A stretch of 64,000 nucleotides of DNA from Puniceicoccales bacterium (GCA_031278975.1 JAITJL010000005.1:39255-103254), one strand, 5' to 3'; positions 39,201 to 52,413 are shown, numbered from the stretch's first letter. The notes: generated by a model from the letters alone, not told the origin. Translations and numbers: made by a program.

Positions 39201-40017
39201 GGAAGAATACGAAGCAAAAATTCGACACGTTGAAGAAGAAGGTGAGGAAACGGGTACCATTAAAAATGTAAAGGTTTACATTGCCGTAAAGCGTAAGATT
39301 CAAGTGGGTGACAAAATGGCAGGTCGTCATGGAAACAAAGGGGTTGTTGCCCAAATTGTGCCTGTACAAGACATGCCTTTTTTAGCCGACGGGACACCGG
39401 TGGATATCGTTTTGAATCCGCTAGGTATTCCAAGCCGTATGAATGTGGGGCAAGTTTTGGAAACGCATTTAGGTTGGGCTTGTTGTGCTTTGGGGATTAA
39501 AATCGCGACACCGGTTTTTGATGGTGTTTCCGAAGATACCATTCGTATGTATTTGAAAAAAGCAAATTTGCCTGAGAGTGGTAAAATAACCTTATACGAT
39601 GGTTGTACGGGTGAAGCGTTTTTTCAAAAGGTGATGGTTGGCTGTATCTATATGATGAAACTTAATCACTTGGTTGCCAATAAAATTCATGCGCGTGCGG
39701 TAGGTCCCTACAGTTTAATTACGCAACAGCCATTGGGTGGAAAGGCGCAATACGGCGGTCAACGTTTCGGAGAAATGGAAGTGTGGGCCTTGGAAGCTTA
39801 CGGCGCTGCTTACAATTTACAGGAATTATTGACCGTGAAATCAGATGATGTACAGGGGCGTACGCGTGTATATGAAGCCATCGTAAAAGGACATCATTCT
39901 TTACAGGCGGGTATACCTCAATCTTTCAATGTTTTAGTAAAAGAAATGCAGGGTTTGTGTTTGGATGTACGATTGGGATCTAAACAGCAGCAACTCTTAG
40001 AAGACGTTCGATTCTAA
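36229..40017 (+). CDS. rpoB: DNA-directed RNA polymerase beta subunit
   Basis: 1262 aa. Conserved blocks [26 protein letters not shown] and [13 protein letters not shown]. Confidence 0.98.
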   Translation: MSHRINFGKLNEVVLPPDLIQLQLASFREFLQADKAPRQRENVGLEAVFQEVFPIESYDNKFHLEYVSYQLVEPKQSDYTCIREGNTYSISLYVTLRLKAEESIQESEIYMGEIPLMTERGSFIINGAERVVVSQLHRSPGICFEQEAHTTGKILHSFRIIPDRGTWIEVQFDPNDLLYVYLDRRRRRRKFLVTTFLRALGFSSDMDILKLFYAPEKASVQILLLKEDLTGHILVEDVIDATKGLVLARAFEPVTQTVLQAFTQSNIESVWVVDSSVDEGAIIRCLKKDTVPNEEEALRDIFRRLRPGDPATLANARNLFKRLFFDEKRYDLGRVGRYRLNQKFGENVSLSKRLLQPHDIVQATRYLCSLKKGNGMVDDIDHLGSRRVRPVGELLYHQCRLGLSRTERIVKERMALYDQTVDAVTPQRLMNTKALATVVRDFFARSQLSQLMDQINPLAELTHKRRLSALGPGGLNRDRAGFEVRDVHASHYGRICPIETPEGPNIGLINSLTTYASVNEFGFIGTPYRVVKKGMVTNEVHYLTADQEEQVVVAQANSFVNKEGRLEGRITARKRFEVIEVDPKEVNYMDVSPKQLISVATGLIPFLEHDDASRALMGSNMQRQGVPLLRAQAPFVGTGLEAKVAQDSRTVVVAEADGKVVEVDGKHIVVATSGTLPSRMDKHLKTDRKKGVYVYNLYKFVRSNATTCFNQRPLVRLGDTVTKGQILADGAATQDGELALGSNVLVAFMPWNGYNFEDAIILSERLVKEDVFTSIHIEEFEVTARDTKLGAEEITRDIPNVGEEALKNLDRNGIICVGAEVHPGDILVGKITPKSETELAPEEKLLRAIFGEKAADIKDSSMIAPPGCSGIVMDIRTSVHTNKEDEEEAVEMVDYRRKLKKITEEQRTVKERLREELTEALSNILLGEKIPLNIIHQKTGEIIIPANRKITKTLLRRLASAPDSLQIEQSPVKVKIVEILNQFKKRFELLEEEYEAKIRHVEEEGEETGTIKNVKVYIAVKRKIQVGDKMAGRHGNKGVVAQIVPVQDMPFLADGTPVDIVLNPLGIPSRMNVGQVLETHLGWACCALGIKIATPVFDGVSEDTIRMYLKKANLPESGKITLYDGCTGEAFFQKVMVGCIYMMKLNHLVANKIHARAVGPYSLITQQPLGGKAQYGGQRFGEMEVWALEAYGAAYNLQELLTVKSDDVQGRTRVYEAIVKGHHSLQAGIPQSFNVLVKEMQGLCLDVRLGSKQQQLLEDVRF

Positions 40018-40025
40018 AAGGAATT

Positions 40026-43000
40026 ATGACTAAAGAAGAAGTTCGTGAAGTACTTGGTTTTGATGAAGAACAAAATTTTGATTCGGTGAGTATTGCGGTG
40101 GCGTCTCCGGATACCATTCGTCGATGGTCTAAAGGTGAGGTAAAAAATCCTGAAACTATCAATTATCGTACATTTAAGCCTGAATCGGGGGGATTATTTT
40201 GCCAACGAATTTTTGGTCCTGTTAAGGATTACGAATGTGCTTGCGGTAAGTACAAACGTATCAAATACAAAGGGGTTGTGTGTGACCGTTGCGGTGTGGA
40301 AGTGACACTATCGCGTGTACGTCGTGAATGGATGGGACATATCAATTTAGCTGTTCCCGTAGCGCATGTTTGGTTTTTAAAAACGATGCCAAGTCGTTTC
40401 GGTTTGTTGTTGGAAATGACCATGCGTGATTTGGAAAAAGTCGTTTATTATGAAAATTACATCGTGATTGATGCGGGGCGTACGTCTTTGGAAGAAAAGC
40501 AATTGTTGACGGAACAAGAATATCAGATGGCTCAAGAAGAGTTTGGAGAAGACGCTTTCGTGGCCAAAATGGGGGCTGAGGCCATTAAAGATTTGTTGTC
40601 GCAAATTGACTTATCGGCGGAAGTGGAGTCGATGCAAATGGAAATTTACAATACGCGCTCGAAACAAATTAAGAAAAAATTGGCAAAGCGTTTAAAGATG
40701 ATGAACGGTTTTTTGCAATCGGGTACACGACCCGAATGGATGGTTTTGGATGTTATTCCCGTCATTCCACCCGATTTGAGGCCACTTATTCCCCTTGAAG
40801 GAGGAAGGTTTGCCACCAGTGACTTGAATGATTTGTATCGCCGTGTTATTAATCGTAATAATCGTTTACGCAACCTGTTGCAATTAAAGACGCCCGATGT
40901 GATTATTCACAATGAGAAACGTATGTTGCAAGAAGCCGTAGATGCACTTTTTGATAATGGTTGTCACGGTGCACGTCCCGTAACGGGTTCAGGTAATCGA
41001 CCTCTCAAGTCGTTAAGCGACATGCTGAAAGGTAAGCAAGGTCGGTTTCGTCAAAACCTGTTAGGCAAGCGTGTTGATTACAGCGGTCGATCGGTTATTG
41101 TGATTGGCCCTGATTTGAAATTGCATCAATGCGGTTTGCCAAAAAAGATGGCTTTAATTCTATTTGAGCCGTTCATTATTCGTCGTTTGAAAGAATTAGG
41201 GTTTGCGCATACGGTACGTTCAGCGCGCAAATTGATTGAAAATAAAGCGCCGGAAGTATGGGATATTTTGGCTGAAGTCACCAAAGGACATCCGGTGTTG
41301 CTCAATCGTGCGCCATCGTTGCACCGATTATCCATACAAGCTTTTGAACCCGTATTGATTGAAGGCGATGCCATTCGTCTGCATCCGTTGGTATGTTCCG
41401 CGTTTAATGCCGATTTTGACGGAGATCAAATGGCCGTACATGTACCTTTGTCGACGGAAGCGATTATGGAAGCGCGTTTGTTGATGCTTTCAACGAATAA
41501 CATGTTTGCTCCTTCGAGTGGTAAGCCTGTTTTAACACCTTCACAAGATATTGTGTTGGGGATTTATTATTTGACGTTGAATTTAACGGAGAAGCCTGCA
41601 AAATTGGTTCGTGTTCCCGTCGTATCCGGTATTCAGGAAGCATTAATGGCACAAGCTGAAGGTATGTTAACATTGCACGATTGGATAGATATGCCAAATC
41701 CGGATTACGGTAGGCAGACACAATTTGGCAATAGAGATGTTAAGTTCATTCGTACGACGATTGGTCGGACTGTTTTTAACACTATTTGGCCTACGAGCAT
41801 GGGTTTCATCAATGAGCCTGTAGGTAAGAATAAACTATCCGAGTTGATTGCGTTGTCTTACAATTTAGTAGATCGTTTAGAAGCTGTACACGTGTTGGAT
41901 TCTTTGAAACAAATGGGTTTTTTAACGGCTACAAAAATAGGTGCTTCCATAAGTATTGACGATATGGTGGTTCCAAAAGAAAAATCGATCATTATTGAAA
42001 AGAGTCGCAAAAAGATTAAGGAAGTTGAATCTCAATTTAAAAAAGGTATCATTACCAACGGTGAACGATGCAATAAAGTGATAGATATTTGGACAAGTGC
42101 TACAGATGAAATTGCCAAAATGGCATTTAAAGGTCTCGAAGGTGCGCGCGATGGGGAAGTAAATTCGGTGTACATGATGATGGATTCGGGAGCGCGTGGT
42201 AATCGTCAGCAAGTACGTCAGTTATGCGGAGCGCGTGGTTTGATGGCTAAGCCATCCGGTGAAATTATTGAACAACCCATTTTATCATCTTTTCGAGAAG
42301 GATTGAATGTCCTTGAGTATTTTATTTCAACGCATGGTGCTCGTAAAGGTATGGCCGATACCGCCTTAAAGACGGCGGATGCGGGTTATTTAACGCGTAA
42401 ATTGTGCGACGTTGCAATGGATTGCGTGATTGTGCCAGATACCGATAACTTGGATTACAATAAAGGTATCTGGAAACAAGCTATCTATGAAGGTGACGAA
42501 GAAATTGTTAAGTTATCGGAACGGATTGTAGGTCGTTGTTCTTGTGAAAATGTTGTGAATCCGATCAATCCAGAAGAAGTCATTATTCATCGTGGTGAAA
42601 TAATTACGAGAAAGATGGCTGAATGGGTGGAAGAAATGGGTATAGTCCGCGTAAAGGTTTTATCTCCGTTGACCCACATGAACAAAGACTGTATTCCTGC
42701 TAAAGCTTACGGTTTGGATCCATCAACGCATCATTTGGTTGAGGAAGGAACTTCGGTAGGTATCATCGCTGCCCAATCGATTGGAGAACCGGGTACGCAA
42801 TTAACGATGCGTACTTTCCACGTTGGAGGTGTTGCAAGCCAAGTGTTAAAATCTCCAGAAAGTCGTGTAAGACATTCGGGACGAGTTAAATACAATGGAT
42901 TACGTACCGTAAAAACGGCTGACAATGCGACAATCGTTTTAAATAAGACAGGAACTGTTTGCATTGTTGACGATGAAGGTCGTGAAGTTGAGACGGTTCA

Positions 43001-44144
43001 CATCTTTGCAGGTTCACTTTTGACGGTCGCCGACGGTGATTTCATTGAGAGTGGCAGTGTTTTGACCATGTGGGATCCACATAACATCCCGATTTTATCC
43101 GAAAAAGGAGGTATTGTCCGTTTTAAAGATATGATGTCTGGGATTACGATCCGCCGTGCAGTGGACGATTCGAGTAGTCAAATAACCAGTGTTGTTATTG
43201 AGCACCAAGAAGATTTGAATCCTTCCATTGAAATTATGGATAAGAAGGATGCCCATAAAGTATTGGCTACGTACGCTATTCCGGTAGGTGCTCAAATCGT
43301 TGTTAACGTGGGTGACGAGATATATCCTGGAGCGTTGCTGGCGAAAACTCCGCGTTCGGCGTCTCGGACCCAAGATATTACGGGTGGATTACCTCGTGTG
43401 GCCGAATTATTTGAAGCGCGAAGACCCAAAGATGCTTCGGAAATAGCCAAGATTGAAGGCATTGTATCGGTGGCTTCGGGGATGGTCCGTGGTAAAAAGC
43501 GTTTGTTGATAACAAATCCAGAGACGGAAGAAAACGAGGAGCACTTAATTCCACACGGCAAGCAGTTAATTGTTTACCCGGGAGATTTAGTGAAAAAAGG
43601 TCAATGTTTGACGGAAGGTGCCGCGGATCCGCATGAAATTTTGACAGTTTTAGGAGTACACGCTTTACAAGAGTATTTATTGACGGAAATCCAAAAAGTT
43701 TATCGTCTGCAGGGCGTGACCATTGATGATAAACATTTGGAGGTTATCATTGCGCGTATGTTGAGTAAAGTACGCGTGACGGATCCTGGCGATACCGATT
43801 ATTTCTGGGGAGAACAGGTAGATCGGATGGACTTTCTGAACGCTAACGAAAAAGTTTTGACCGCGGGTGGTAAACCTGCGGAAGGCGAGCCTATCTTATT
43901 GGGTATTACAAAAGCTTCCCTTGAAACGGACAGTTTTATTTCGGCAGCTTCATTCCAAGAGACGACGCGCGTGCTAACCGAAGCGGCAACCCTGGGAAAG
44001 ACGGATACGTTGAAAGGGTTTAAAGAAAATGTTATCATGGGTAATTTAATTCCTGCGGGGACAGGCATGGCGAAATATCGCCGTATGACCATTCGGTCTT
44101 TATGCGAACCAACCAATGAATCTGAATGCAAAGGAGAGGAATAA
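40026..44144 (+). CDS. rpoC: DNA-directed RNA polymerase beta' subunit
   Basis: 1372 aa. Zn-binding [20 protein letters not shown] and catalytic [12 protein letters not shown]. Confidence 0.98.
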   Translation: MTKEEVREVLGFDEEQNFDSVSIAVASPDTIRRWSKGEVKNPETINYRTFKPESGGLFCQRIFGPVKDYECACGKYKRIKYKGVVCDRCGVEVTLSRVRREWMGHINLAVPVAHVWFLKTMPSRFGLLLEMTMRDLEKVVYYENYIVIDAGRTSLEEKQLLTEQEYQMAQEEFGEDAFVAKMGAEAIKDLLSQIDLSAEVESMQMEIYNTRSKQIKKKLAKRLKMMNGFLQSGTRPEWMVLDVIPVIPPDLRPLIPLEGGRFATSDLNDLYRRVINRNNRLRNLLQLKTPDVIIHNEKRMLQEAVDALFDNGCHGARPVTGSGNRPLKSLSDMLKGKQGRFRQNLLGKRVDYSGRSVIVIGPDLKLHQCGLPKKMALILFEPFIIRRLKELGFAHTVRSARKLIENKAPEVWDILAEVTKGHPVLLNRAPSLHRLSIQAFEPVLIEGDAIRLHPLVCSAFNADFDGDQMAVHVPLSTEAIMEARLLMLSTNNMFAPSSGKPVLTPSQDIVLGIYYLTLNLTEKPAKLVRVPVVSGIQEALMAQAEGMLTLHDWIDMPNPDYGRQTQFGNRDVKFIRTTIGRTVFNTIWPTSMGFINEPVGKNKLSELIALSYNLVDRLEAVHVLDSLKQMGFLTATKIGASISIDDMVVPKEKSIIIEKSRKKIKEVESQFKKGIITNGERCNKVIDIWTSATDEIAKMAFKGLEGARDGEVNSVYMMMDSGARGNRQQVRQLCGARGLMAKPSGEIIEQPILSSFREGLNVLEYFISTHGARKGMADTALKTADAGYLTRKLCDVAMDCVIVPDTDNLDYNKGIWKQAIYEGDEEIVKLSERIVGRCSCENVVNPINPEEVIIHRGEIITRKMAEWVEEMGIVRVKVLSPLTHMNKDCIPAKAYGLDPSTHHLVEEGTSVGIIAAQSIGEPGTQLTMRTFHVGGVASQVLKSPESRVRHSGRVKYNGLRTVKTADNATIVLNKTGTVCIVDDEGREVETVHIFAGSLLTVADGDFIESGSVLTMWDPHNIPILSEKGGIVRFKDMMSGITIRRAVDDSSSQITSVVIEHQEDLNPSIEIMDKKDAHKVLATYAIPVGAQIVVNVGDEIYPGALLAKTPRSASRTQDITGGLPRVAELFEARRPKDASEIAKIEGIVSVASGMVRGKKRLLITNPETEENEEHLIPHGKQLIVYPGDLVKKGQCLTEGAADPHEILTVLGVHALQEYLLTEIQKVYRLQGVTIDDKHLEVIIARMLSKVRVTDPGDTDYFWGEQVDRMDFLNANEKVLTAGGKPAEGEPILLGITKASLETDSFISAASFQETTRVLTEAATLGKTDTLKGFKENVIMGNLIPAGTGMAKYRRMTIRSLCEPTNESECKGEE

Positions 44145-44239
44145 TGCATAAAATGGAGAACTTTGTAACTGCTTTTTTATCAAAAAAGGCTTGCAACGCG
44201 TGGGATGCTAACGCTAACTTTCTTGTGAATTAATATAAG

Positions 44240-44626
44240 ATGCCTACGATTAATCAGTTAATTTTAAAGCCAAGAGCAAGGGTTTATGCGAAGTCGAAAG
44301 CGCCTGCATTGGGGAAGAATCCATTCAAACGTGGGGTTTGCGTACAAGTGATGACACGTACACCAAAGAAACCTAATTCTGCTGTTCGTAAAGTAACCAA
44401 AGTCCGTTTAACAAACGGTGTGGAAATTATTGCCTATATACCCGATGAAGGGCACAATTTGCAAGAACACAGTGTGGTATTGGTGCGTGGCGGTCGTGTT
44501 CCCGATTTGCCGGGAGTACGATATCATGTTGTTCGTGGTACATTAGATGCACAGGGAGTTGAGAAACGTCGTCGTAGTCGTTCAAAGTACGGTGTTCAAC
44601 GGCCTAAAGAGAATAAAAAGAAGTGA
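44240..44626 (+). CDS. rpsL: 30S ribosomal protein S12
   Basis: MPTINQLI...[11 protein letters not shown]. Confidence 0.97.
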   Translation: MPTINQLILKPRARVYAKSKAPALGKNPFKRGVCVQVMTRTPKKPNSAVRKVTKVRLTNGVEIIAYIPDEGHNLQEHSVVLVRGGRVPDLPGVRYHVVRGTLDAQGVEKRRRSRSKYGVQRPKENKKK

Positions 44627-44637
44627 ATTTTTAAGTT

Positions 44638-45111
44638 ATGGCACGTCGTAGAAGAGCAGTACGTAGAAAATTAAAGGAAGATCCTCGTTATAAAAGTACG
44701 TTAGTTGAACAATTGACGAATCGCGTTATGCGTTTCGGTAAAAAATCTTTGGCAAGGCGTATTGTATATGGTGCCATTGAGCGTGTGAGCGAGAATTTAG
44801 GCAAGGGAGATCCCCTGGATTTCTTATTGGCTGCACTTGAAAATATACGTCCCAAGTTGGAGGTTAAAAGTCGCCGTGTTGGAGGGGCTACCTATCAGGT
44901 GCCCGTGGAAGTTGGGTATGAACGTCAGGTAAGCTTGGCTTTTCGCTGGTTGGTCCAAACTGCAAACAAGCGTAAGGGAGCTATGGTGGAAACGTTGGCA
45001 AGTGAAATTATAGAGGCGTATAACAATTCGGGAGAAGTTGTTAAGAAAAAGGAAGAAGTCCACCGTATGGCCCAAGCAAACCGTGCATTTGCACATTTGC
45101 GTTGGTCCTGA
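44638..45111 (+). CDS. rpsG: 30S ribosomal protein S7
   Basis: MARRRRAVRRKLKEDPRY...GGATYQVPVEV. Confidence 0.97.
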   Translation: MARRRRAVRRKLKEDPRYKSTLVEQLTNRVMRFGKKSLARRIVYGAIERVSENLGKGDPLDFLLAALENIRPKLEVKSRRVGGATYQVPVEVGYERQVSLAFRWLVQTANKRKGAMVETLASEIIEAYNNSGEVVKKKEEVHRMAQANRAFAHLRWS

Positions 45112-45133
45112 ATGAGGTAAGTAAAGTTAAGTC

Positions 45134-47284
45134 ATGAGCAAAGAAGATCTTTCCGACGCAAATTCTCCCCAACGTAAAAACCCATTGGAGTATTTACGCA
45201 ATATTGGTATTGCCGCCCACATTGATGCCGGTAAAACCACGACGACAGAGCGTATTTTGTTTTATACAGGTGTGGTGCATAAAGTTGGGGAAGTTCACGA
45301 AGGTGAAACCGTAACCGACTGGATGGAGCAGGAGAGGGAACGAGGTATCACCATTACGGCAGCGGCTATTAGTTGTGATTGGACAAATAAAAAAGGCCCT
45401 TTTGAAGGGATACCTCATCGTATTAACATTATCGATACTCCGGGGCATGTCGATTTTACGGCGGAAGTGGAACGTTCTCTGCGTGTATTGGATGGTGCCG
45501 TGGGAGTGTTTTGTGCGGTTGCCGGAGTTCAACCTCAATCTGAGACGGTTTGGCGGCAAATGGATAAATATCGTGTGCCTCGCTTGGCTTTTGTCAATAA
45601 GATGGATCGTACGGGCGCAAATTTTCTAAATGCCATTAAAGATATTCGTGAGAAATTGGGAGGCAATGCGCATCCGTTGTTTTTGAATATAGGTCAAGAG
45701 GACAATTTTCGTGGGCTTATCGATTTGATTGAGGAAAAGGCTTACGTTTACGACGAACAAGATCCTCATGGAATGCGTTACGAAAGCGTTGCTATTCCTG
45801 ATGAATACGTGGAATTGGCGCGTCGGTATCGCGAGCAATTGATAGAAACTTTGGCAGATTGCGATGATGATTTGGCGGTCAAATATCTTGATGGAGAGAT
45901 TTTATCGACGGATGCGATTAAGGGGGCTGTGCGTAGAGCAACTTTGTCGATGCAATTTCTGGGTGTTATTCCGGGGAGCGCTTTTAAGAATAAAGGTGTT
46001 CAAATGTTGTTGGATGCTATCGTAGATTACTTGCCAAGTCCTTTAGATTTGCCACCTACGCAGGGCGATCGGGATGAGGAAAAGGTGGAAATTTCGCCGG
46101 ATGATCGCAGTAAGCCTGTAGGGTTAGTATTCAAATTGATGACGGATCCTTATGTGGGTAAATTAATTTTTTATCGTGTATACGCTGGGGTGGTTCGTAA
46201 AGGCATGGTTTTGTATAATCCACGTACGCGTAAACAGGAAAGAATTAGCCGATTGGTGGTCATGAAAGCCAATGAACGGGCAGATATAGAAGAAGCTTTT
46301 TCGGGTGATATTTGTGCTTTAATTGGTCCTCGAGAAGTTGTGACGGGTGATACTTTGTGCGATAAAGATTTGAACGTGCAGTTGGAGCCTCCAACATTTC
46401 CGGAGCCCGTTATTAGCATGTCCATTGAACCCAAGACCAAGTCGGATCAGGAGCGTCTATCCATGGGATTGCAACGTTTGGCTGAAGAAGATCCCACATT
46501 TAGAGTCAGCAGTAATACGGAAACGGGGCAAACGTTGATTTCTGGCATGGGGGAACTGCATTTGGAAATTATTAGAGATCGATTGTTTCGTGAATTTAAA
46601 GTAGAGGCGGATGCAGGTCGTCCTCAGATTGCTTATCGTGAAACCATTGTTCAATCTGCAGAAGGTGAAGGTAAGTTTATTCGTCAAAGTGGAGGTCGTG
46701 GACAATACGGGCACGTTGTCATTAAACTTGAGTCACTTGAAAAAGGCAAAGGCATTGAGATTGTCAATGAAATTGTTGGAGGCGTTATCCCTCGTGAATT
46801 TATAAAACCTACGCAAGAAGGCCTTATGGAGGGCGCTCAAAATGGTGTTGTGGCAGGATATCCTGTCGTGGATTTCAGAGTTCGTATTGTGGATGGTAGT
46901 TTCCATGAGGTAGATTCTTCGGAATTGGCATTTAAAATGGCTGGAATTTTTGCTTTCAAAGATGCTATGAAGAAGGCGAATCCAATTCTTTTGGAGCCCA
47001 TCATGAAAGTTGAAGTGGCAACGCCCGAAGAATATCAAGGTGATGTTATGGGGGATTTAAACCGTCGTCGTGGACAAATACAAGGTATGGAAACTAAGGG
47101 AACTGCGGGCATTATTATGGCTTTTGTTCCTTTGGAGACAATGTTTGGTTACGCGACGGATGTTCGTTCTCTAACGAAAGGGCGTGCTTCTTATTCGATG
47201 GAGCCTTCGCATTTTGAACAAGTACCCGCAGGTTTACTGGCTAAAATTGTTGAAACTGTATCGCGTGCACCGGCAAGGTCGTAG
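45134..47284 (+). CDS. fusA: elongation factor G
   Basis: [34 protein letters not shown]; 716 aa. Confidence 0.97.
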   Translation: MSKEDLSDANSPQRKNPLEYLRNIGIAAHIDAGKTTTTERILFYTGVVHKVGEVHEGETVTDWMEQERERGITITAAAISCDWTNKKGPFEGIPHRINIIDTPGHVDFTAEVERSLRVLDGAVGVFCAVAGVQPQSETVWRQMDKYRVPRLAFVNKMDRTGANFLNAIKDIREKLGGNAHPLFLNIGQEDNFRGLIDLIEEKAYVYDEQDPHGMRYESVAIPDEYVELARRYREQLIETLADCDDDLAVKYLDGEILSTDAIKGAVRRATLSMQFLGVIPGSAFKNKGVQMLLDAIVDYLPSPLDLPPTQGDRDEEKVEISPDDRSKPVGLVFKLMTDPYVGKLIFYRVYAGVVRKGMVLYNPRTRKQERISRLVVMKANERADIEEAFSGDICALIGPREVVTGDTLCDKDLNVQLEPPTFPEPVISMSIEPKTKSDQERLSMGLQRLAEEDPTFRVSSNTETGQTLISGMGELHLEIIRDRLFREFKVEADAGRPQIAYRETIVQSAEGEGKFIRQSGGRGQYGHVVIKLESLEKGKGIEIVNEIVGGVIPREFIKPTQEGLMEGAQNGVVAGYPVVDFRVRIVDGSFHEVDSSELAFKMAGIFAFKDAMKKANPILLEPIMKVEVATPEEYQGDVMGDLNRRRGQIQGMETKGTAGIIMAFVPLETMFGYATDVRSLTKGRASYSMEPSHFEQVPAGLLAKIVETVSRAPARS

Positions 47285-47341
47285 GTGGTTGCAATAGGAT
47301 GTTCAATAAAATGTTCGCAAAAAATTAAAGAAAGAATTCAG

Positions 47342-47650
47342 ATGGCTGGGCAAAAAATTAGAATAAAATTAAAAGGATTTGATTATCGTACGGTCGATCA
47401 GTCTACGTTTGAAATTGTTGATACGGCTAAAAGGTCGGGTTCCAGGATTTGTGGACCTATTCCAATGCCTGTTAAAATTGAACGATTTTCGGTAAATCGT
47501 TCGCCTCATGTTGATAAAAAATCTATGGATCAATTTGAACTCCGTACCCACAGTCGCCTGATCATAATTATAGATCCTACGCCACAAACGGTAGACGATT
47601 TGAAAAAATTGAATCTGCCTGCAGGCATAGAGATTGCAATTCATCTTTAA
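47342..47650 (+). CDS. rpsJ: 30S ribosomal protein S10
   Basis: [21 protein letters not shown]. Start moved from GTG 47285 to ATG 47342. Confidence 0.95.
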   Translation: MAGQKIRIKLKGFDYRTVDQSTFEIVDTAKRSGSRICGPIPMPVKIERFSVNRSPHVDKKSMDQFELRTHSRLIIIIDPTPQTVDDLKKLNLPAGIEIAIHL

Positions 47651-47767
47651 TTTTTTTAAATAGCGTTGACAGAGAAGGTGTATTTATTTTGTGTCGAGTG
47701 TAAGTATGTTGTAAAAAAACGATGATAGGCCGCTTAATGTATCGAAAACGGTGGATGATTTGAAGAT

Positions 47768-48400
47768 ATGCAAGATAGATTGTTAATTGTAGGAAAAAAA
47801 ATAGGTATGACGCAGTTGTTTGATAAAAACAGTTGTTTGTTGCCTGTTACGGTCATTTTGGCGGAACCCTGTAAAGTTACTCAGATTAAAACGAAAGACA
47901 AAGATGGATACGATGCGATACAATTTGCTTATCAAGAAAAAAATCGTGTGAGTAAGCCCGTTATGGGTCATCTAGAAAAAGCTGGCGTGCAGGATAAATT
48001 GGCTTCCTTTAAGGAATTTACCACAAAAGATGTGGGCAGTTTTTCGTTGGGGCAGACATTAACGGTTGATTTTTTTCAGGAGGGCCAAAAGATTGATGTC
48101 ATTGCCCAATCGAAAGGTAAAGGTTTTCAAGGACTTGTAAAGCGTTATGATTTTGCTGGAGGACGTGCTTCGCACGGTTCTATGTCGCATAGACGTGGTG
48201 GAGGATTTGGTCATTTTCGTCGCATGGGACACATTACCAAAAACCAAAAAATGCCAGGACATATGGGAGCAGTACGTACGACCGTACGCAATTTGGTGAT
48301 CGTTAAAACGGTACCAGAAAAAAGTTTGATCTTGGTAAGAGGAAGCATTCCTGGTTTTAAAGGGAGTTTCGTAATGATCAGGCAAGCCAAGCAAGCGTAA
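47768..48400 (+). CDS. rplC: 50S ribosomal protein L3
   Basis: LIVGKKIGMTQLFD...GKGFQG. Confidence 0.95.
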   Translation: MQDRLLIVGKKIGMTQLFDKNSCLLPVTVILAEPCKVTQIKTKDKDGYDAIQFAYQEKNRVSKPVMGHLEKAGVQDKLASFKEFTTKDVGSFSLGQTLTVDFFQEGQKIDVIAQSKGKGFQGLVKRYDFAGGRASHGSMSHRRGGGFGHFRRMGHITKNQKMPGHMGAVRTTVRNLVIVKTVPEKSLILVRGSIPGFKGSFVMIRQAKQA

Positions 48401-48411
48401 GGAAGAAACGT

Positions 48412-49035
48412 ATGAAGGTTAATTTTTACGATGTTGATAGCGTTTTTCGAGAAGAACGGGAATACGGTATTCCTACATTTGAAAAGAATCAGGGTCTTCA
48501 AACGCTGAAAGACGTGATATTGGCTTATCAGTCCAATTTGCGCCAAGGGAACGCTTGTACAAAGACGCGAGGCGATGTACAAGGGTCGGGAAAAAAGCCT
48601 TACCGTCAAAAAGGAACCGGCATGGCGCGTCAAGGTGAAAAAAGAAGTCCGATTTGGCGAGGAGGCGGTGTTGTTTTTGGTCCAAAGCCGCGAGATTTTT
48701 CTGTTACCATCAATAAAAAAGAAAAAAAATTGGCCTTGCGGCGTGCTTTGTTTGATACGGTTTCTGAAGGTAAGTTATCGGTTTTGGAGTGTTTGAGACA
48801 GTTTGATTGCCCTAAAACTTCTTTAATGGTACAGTGGTTGCATAATTGGATGGTTAAAGGTAAGATTTTGTTAGTTGACAATGAATTTGAAAAAAATGTT
48901 TTGCTGTCTGCGCGTAATTTAGATCGTGTGTATACGGTTGATACGTCATCTTTAAATGCGTTGGATTTGTGCCGTTATACCAACGTATTGGTTACTGAGC
49001 GGGCATTACTTTTATTTTTGGATCGAATTTGTTGA
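48412..49035 (+). CDS. rplD: 50S ribosomal protein L4
   Basis: GSGKKPYRQKGTGMARQGEKRSPIWRGGGVVFGP. Confidence 0.95.
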   Translation: MKVNFYDVDSVFREEREYGIPTFEKNQGLQTLKDVILAYQSNLRQGNACTKTRGDVQGSGKKPYRQKGTGMARQGEKRSPIWRGGGVVFGPKPRDFSVTINKKEKKLALRRALFDTVSEGKLSVLECLRQFDCPKTSLMVQWLHNWMVKGKILLVDNEFEKNVLLSARNLDRVYTVDTSSLNALDLCRYTNVLVTERALLLFLDRIC

Positions 49036-49346
49036 TGGAAAACATGAAAGTTACTATGATAGAGTCTTGTAAAGTGGTAAAAGAGTGCAGAGTAACGGAG
49101 AAAGCAAGCTTACTCACTTCGAAAGATGCGTGTTATACGTTTGAAGTTGTCCAAGAGGCAAACCGTTTGGAGGTAAAAACGGCGGTGGAGAACGCGTTCA
49201 AAGTGAAGGTCAAGAAGGTTCGGATTTTAAATAGGAAAGCTAAAATGAAACGCAGTCGCGTACGGCGTGCTCGTCCCGGTTACGTGGGAGGTATGAAAAA
49301 GGCGATGGTTGTTTTGGCAAAGGGCTACAAAATTGATATGATGTGA
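49035..49346 (+). CDS. rplW: 50S ribosomal protein L23
   Basis: Conserved slot between rplD and rplB. ATG 49035 overlaps the rplD stop (ATGA). YTFEVVQEANRLEVKTAVENAFKVKV. Start uncertain within about 10 nt. Confidence 0.88.
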   Translation: MENMKVTMIESCKVVKECRVTEKASLLTSKDACYTFEVVQEANRLEVKTAVENAFKVKVKKVRILNRKAKMKRSRVRRARPGYVGGMKKAMVVLAKGYKIDMM

Positions 49347-49359
49347 GGGTGAAATTGGT

Positions 49360-50202
49360 ATGATATTGATAAAAAGTACGCCTTTAACGCCCGGACAACG
49401 ATTTTTGGTGAAAAATAAGTCGTGGATATCTAAAAAAGAGCCGGAGTCAAAATTAACGGAAGGTTTTCAATACAATCGTGGACGTAATTGTTACGGGCGT
49501 GTTACGTGTCGTCATCGTGGAGGTGGGCACAAACGTTTGTATCGTTTGGTTGATTTTAAGAGAGATAAATGTAATGTTACCGCAACCGTAGAGTCCATAG
49601 AATACGATCCAAATCGTTCTGCGCATTTGGCACTTTTGAAGTACGTTGACGGAGAAAAGCGTTATATTTTGGCGCCCGAAGGCTTAGCGATCGGTGATTC
49701 CGTAGTGAGTTTAGATAAACCCATTTCTAATTATCGCATAGGAATGAGTTTCCCATTGTCGTGTATTCCATTGGCCATGAAGGTGCATGCGGTTGAATTA
49801 GTTCCAGGTAAAGGGGCTCAATTGGCTCGGGGGGCCGGTGTTGGATTAGAATTGGTGAGCCTTGAAAATGGATACGCTTCTTTAAAAATGCCCAGTGGAG
49901 AAATTCGTTTGGTGGATGCGCGTTGTCGGGCTACGATTGGTAGGATAGGTAATATTGATCACCAGAATGTAATTCTTGGAAAGGCAGGTCGTAAGCGTTG
50001 GAAGGGACGTCGACCAAGTGTTAGAGGTGTAGCCATGAATCCCGTGGATCATCCAATGGGGGGTGGTCAGACGGGTGGAGGGAACCATCCGGTATCTCCG
50101 TGGGGGCAGCTTGCAAAAGGTTACATAACTCGGAAACGTAAGAATGTAACCAATAAGTATATTTTAATACGTCGTAATGGAAAGAAATTAAAAAAGGGAT
50201 AA
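49360..50202 (+). CDS. rplB: 50S ribosomal protein L2
   Basis: [12 protein letters not shown]...[16 protein letters not shown]. Confidence 0.97.
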   Translation: MILIKSTPLTPGQRFLVKNKSWISKKEPESKLTEGFQYNRGRNCYGRVTCRHRGGGHKRLYRLVDFKRDKCNVTATVESIEYDPNRSAHLALLKYVDGEKRYILAPEGLAIGDSVVSLDKPISNYRIGMSFPLSCIPLAMKVHAVELVPGKGAQLARGAGVGLELVSLENGYASLKMPSGEIRLVDARCRATIGRIGNIDHQNVILGKAGRKRWKGRRPSVRGVAMNPVDHPMGGGQTGGGNHPVSPWGQLAKGYITRKRKNVTNKYILIRRNGKKLKKG

Positions 50203-50209
50203 GGAAATT

Positions 50210-50485
50210 ATGGCACGTTCGTTAAAGAAAGGCTTTTTTGTGGATCCAAAATTGATGGATAAGGTGGATTTATCTCAAAAATCTGGGAGCAAAAAGCCTA
50301 TTCAAACTTGGTCTCGTCGGTCCACCATTACGCCAGAGTTTGTGGGTTTGAATTTTAATGTACATAATGGAAAAAGTTTTTTCCCAGTTTACATTACGGA
50401 AAACATGGTGGGTCATAAATTGGGTGAATTTGCACCTACGCGGACTTTTAAATCGCATAATCCTCATACACAGAAGGCCGTATGA
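50210..50485 (+). CDS. rpsS: 30S ribosomal protein S19
   Basis: [12 protein letters not shown]...[28 protein letters not shown]. Confidence 0.97.
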   Translation: MARSLKKGFFVDPKLMDKVDLSQKSGSKKPIQTWSRRSTITPEFVGLNFNVHNGKSFFPVYITENMVGHKLGEFAPTRTFKSHNPHTQKAV

Positions 50486-50841
50486 AAGTTCAAGCTGTAA
50501 CAAAATATGTGCGAATTTCTCCATTGAAAGTGCGTGCTTTGGCGAAAAATCTGGTGGGTATGCCGGCAGATGGTGCTTTGCAAAGTTTGAAATGGATTCC
50601 TAGAAAATCAGCTCGTTTGATGCTTAAAACTTTAAAAAGTGCTGTGGCAAATGCTGAAAATAATTTTAATTTATCGATAGATCAATTGACCTTATCGGAA
50701 GCCATTGTAAATGAGGGCCCAGTCATTAAAAGGTTTCAAGCGGTTGCGCGTGGATCAGCTCATCCTATTCGAAAACGGACAAGTCACATCAAAATTGTGT
50801 TGACCTCCAAGGATGAGATTGAAAAAGATGGTAAGAAGTAA
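50482..50841 (+). CDS. rplV: 50S ribosomal protein L22
   Basis: ATGA overlap with rps[19 protein letters not shown]. Confidence 0.94.
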   Translation: MKVQAVTKYVRISPLKVRALAKNLVGMPADGALQSLKWIPRKSARLMLKTLKSAVANAENNFNLSIDQLTLSEAIVNEGPVIKRFQAVARGSAHPIRKRTSHIKIVLTSKDEIEKDGKK

Positions 50842-50844
50842 ATT

Positions 50845-51468
50845 ATGGGACAAAAAGTAAATCCTATTGGTTTTCGTCTTTCGGTGCGTAGAGATTGGCG
50901 TTCGCGTTGGTATGCTTCAGGGAATCGTTATGCTTTGTGGATTGCCGAAGATTACAAGATTCGCGAGTTTTTGCACAAGAAATTACGTTATGCTTCCGTA
51001 CAGGATATTTTGTTGGAGCGTGCGGGTTCTCGCATCAGAATTACCGTCTTAAGTGGTCGTCCGGGGGTTATTATCGGCAGGAAGGGTCAAGAACTTGAAA
51101 AAATTAAGGATCAGCTACAAAAATTGGTGTGCAAAGATGTCTTGTTAGATGTACAAGATCTTAAGAATCCTGATTTGATAGCCCAATTAGTGGCAGAAAA
51201 TGTTGCGTTGCAATTGGAGAAAAGAATTTCATTTAGGCGTGCCATGAAAAAGGCCATTCAATTGGCAATGAGCATGGGTGCCAAGGGCATTCGTGTGCAA
51301 TGTTCTGGCCGTTTAGGTGGGGCCGAAATTGCCAGAACGGAATCGCAGCGAGCGGGAAGTGTACCTTTGCATACATTACGTGCCGATGTAGATTATGGTT
51401 TTAATGAAGCTCAGACCGTTTACGGCACCATTGGCGTGAAATGTTGGATTTGTCACGGTAATAATTAA
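50845..51468 (+). CDS. rpsC: 30S ribosomal protein S3
   Basis: MGQKVNPIGFRL... with KH domain. Confidence 0.96.
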   Translation: MGQKVNPIGFRLSVRRDWRSRWYASGNRYALWIAEDYKIREFLHKKLRYASVQDILLERAGSRIRITVLSGRPGVIIGRKGQELEKIKDQLQKLVCKDVLLDVQDLKNPDLIAQLVAENVALQLEKRISFRRAMKKAIQLAMSMGAKGIRVQCSGRLGGAEIARTESQRAGSVPLHTLRADVDYGFNEAQTVYGTIGVKCWICHGNN

Positions 51469-51480
51469 AGTAGGTTTTGT

Positions 51481-51912
51481 ATGGCGATTTTACTTCCAGC
51501 TAAAACGAAATATCGTAAAGTCCAAAAAGGGCGTGTTTACGGTAATGCAAAGGGTGGTAGCGCGTTAGCTTTTGGAGATTTTGGGATTCAAGTTATGGAA
51601 CGAGGGAAAATTACAGCTGCGCAGTTGGAAGCTGCACGCGTTGCAATTAACCGTCATTTAAAAAGAAAAGGGAAAATGTGGATGCGTGTATTTCCTCAAA
51701 AGCCTATCACAAAGAAGCCCGCTGAAACACGTATGGGTAAAGGTAAGGGAAATGTGGAATATTGGGTAGCCGTGGCAAAACCGGGTACTATTTTGTTTGA
51801 ATTAGCGGGAATTTCGCTGGCCATAGCGAGGGAAGCCATGAGTTTGGCGGATAGAAAATTGGGCCTTCGTTGCCGTTTTTTAAGTAGAGAAACTTTAATG
51901 CAGCGTTTTTGA
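51481..51912 (+). CDS. rplP: 50S ribosomal protein L16
   Basis: [11 protein letters not shown]...[19 protein letters not shown]. Confidence 0.95.
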   Translation: MAILLPAKTKYRKVQKGRVYGNAKGGSALAFGDFGIQVMERGKITAAQLEAARVAINRHLKRKGKMWMRVFPQKPITKKPAETRMGKGKGNVEYWVAVAKPGTILFELAGISLAIAREAMSLADRKLGLRCRFLSRETLMQRF

Positions 51913-51925
51913 ATGAAATTTTATA

Positions 51926-52114
51926 ATGAAAGCTAGGGATGTTTTAAAGTTAACACCGGGAGAAATGCGTGAACGAATTGCTGAATTTTCGCAGCAATAT
52001 TTTGAATTGCGAATGAAAAAAGGATTAGGTCAGCTTAAAAGCCCTTCGGTAATGCGCAGCTTACGCAAAGATATAGCGCGTATGAAAATGGCATTGTCGC
52101 GACAGACTACGTAA
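51926..52114 (+). CDS. rpmC: 50S ribosomal protein L29
   Basis: 62 aa in the conserved slot. ELRMKKGLGQLKSP. Confidence 0.9.
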   Translation: MKARDVLKLTPGEMRERIAEFSQQYFELRMKKGLGQLKSPSVMRSLRKDIARMKMALSRQTT

Positions 52115-52131
52115 GGTTACAGTATAGGGAA

Positions 52132-52413
52132 ATGCGTTTATATATGAATCGTTTGGTAGAGAGAAAACAGCGTAAAACTTTGGTGGGGAGCGTTACAAGT
52201 CGTTCGGGCAATAAATCGATTAAGGTCGTTTTCTTTTATAAACGGCCCCATGGGCTTTATCGTAAAGAGATAAAACGTAAAACGGTATTGCACGTCCACG
52301 ATGCCGATAATGTTTGCAATGTGGGGGATAAAGTGGAGATCATGTCTACCCGCCCCCTGAGTCACATGAAGCGTTGGCGCGTTGTTCGTGTATTGGAGAA
52401 AATTCAAGTATAA
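52132..52413 (+). CDS. rpsQ: 30S ribosomal protein S17
   Basis: KTLVGSVTSRSGNKSIKV...DKVEIMSTRPLSHMKRW. The start may be ATG 52144. Confidence 0.93.
   Translation: MRLYMNRLVERKQRKTLVGSVTSRSGNKSIKVVFFYKRPHGLYRKEIKRKTVLHVHDADNVCNVGDKVEIMSTRPLSHMKRWRVVRVLEKIQV

Noticed and set aside
47651-47767. Unusual 117-nt gap between rpsJ and rplC, containing TTGACA (47667-47672).
   Set aside because: No acceptable -10 hexamer at 16-18 nt spacing, no hairpin and no small ORF. It is probably just a lineage-specific spacer or leader.
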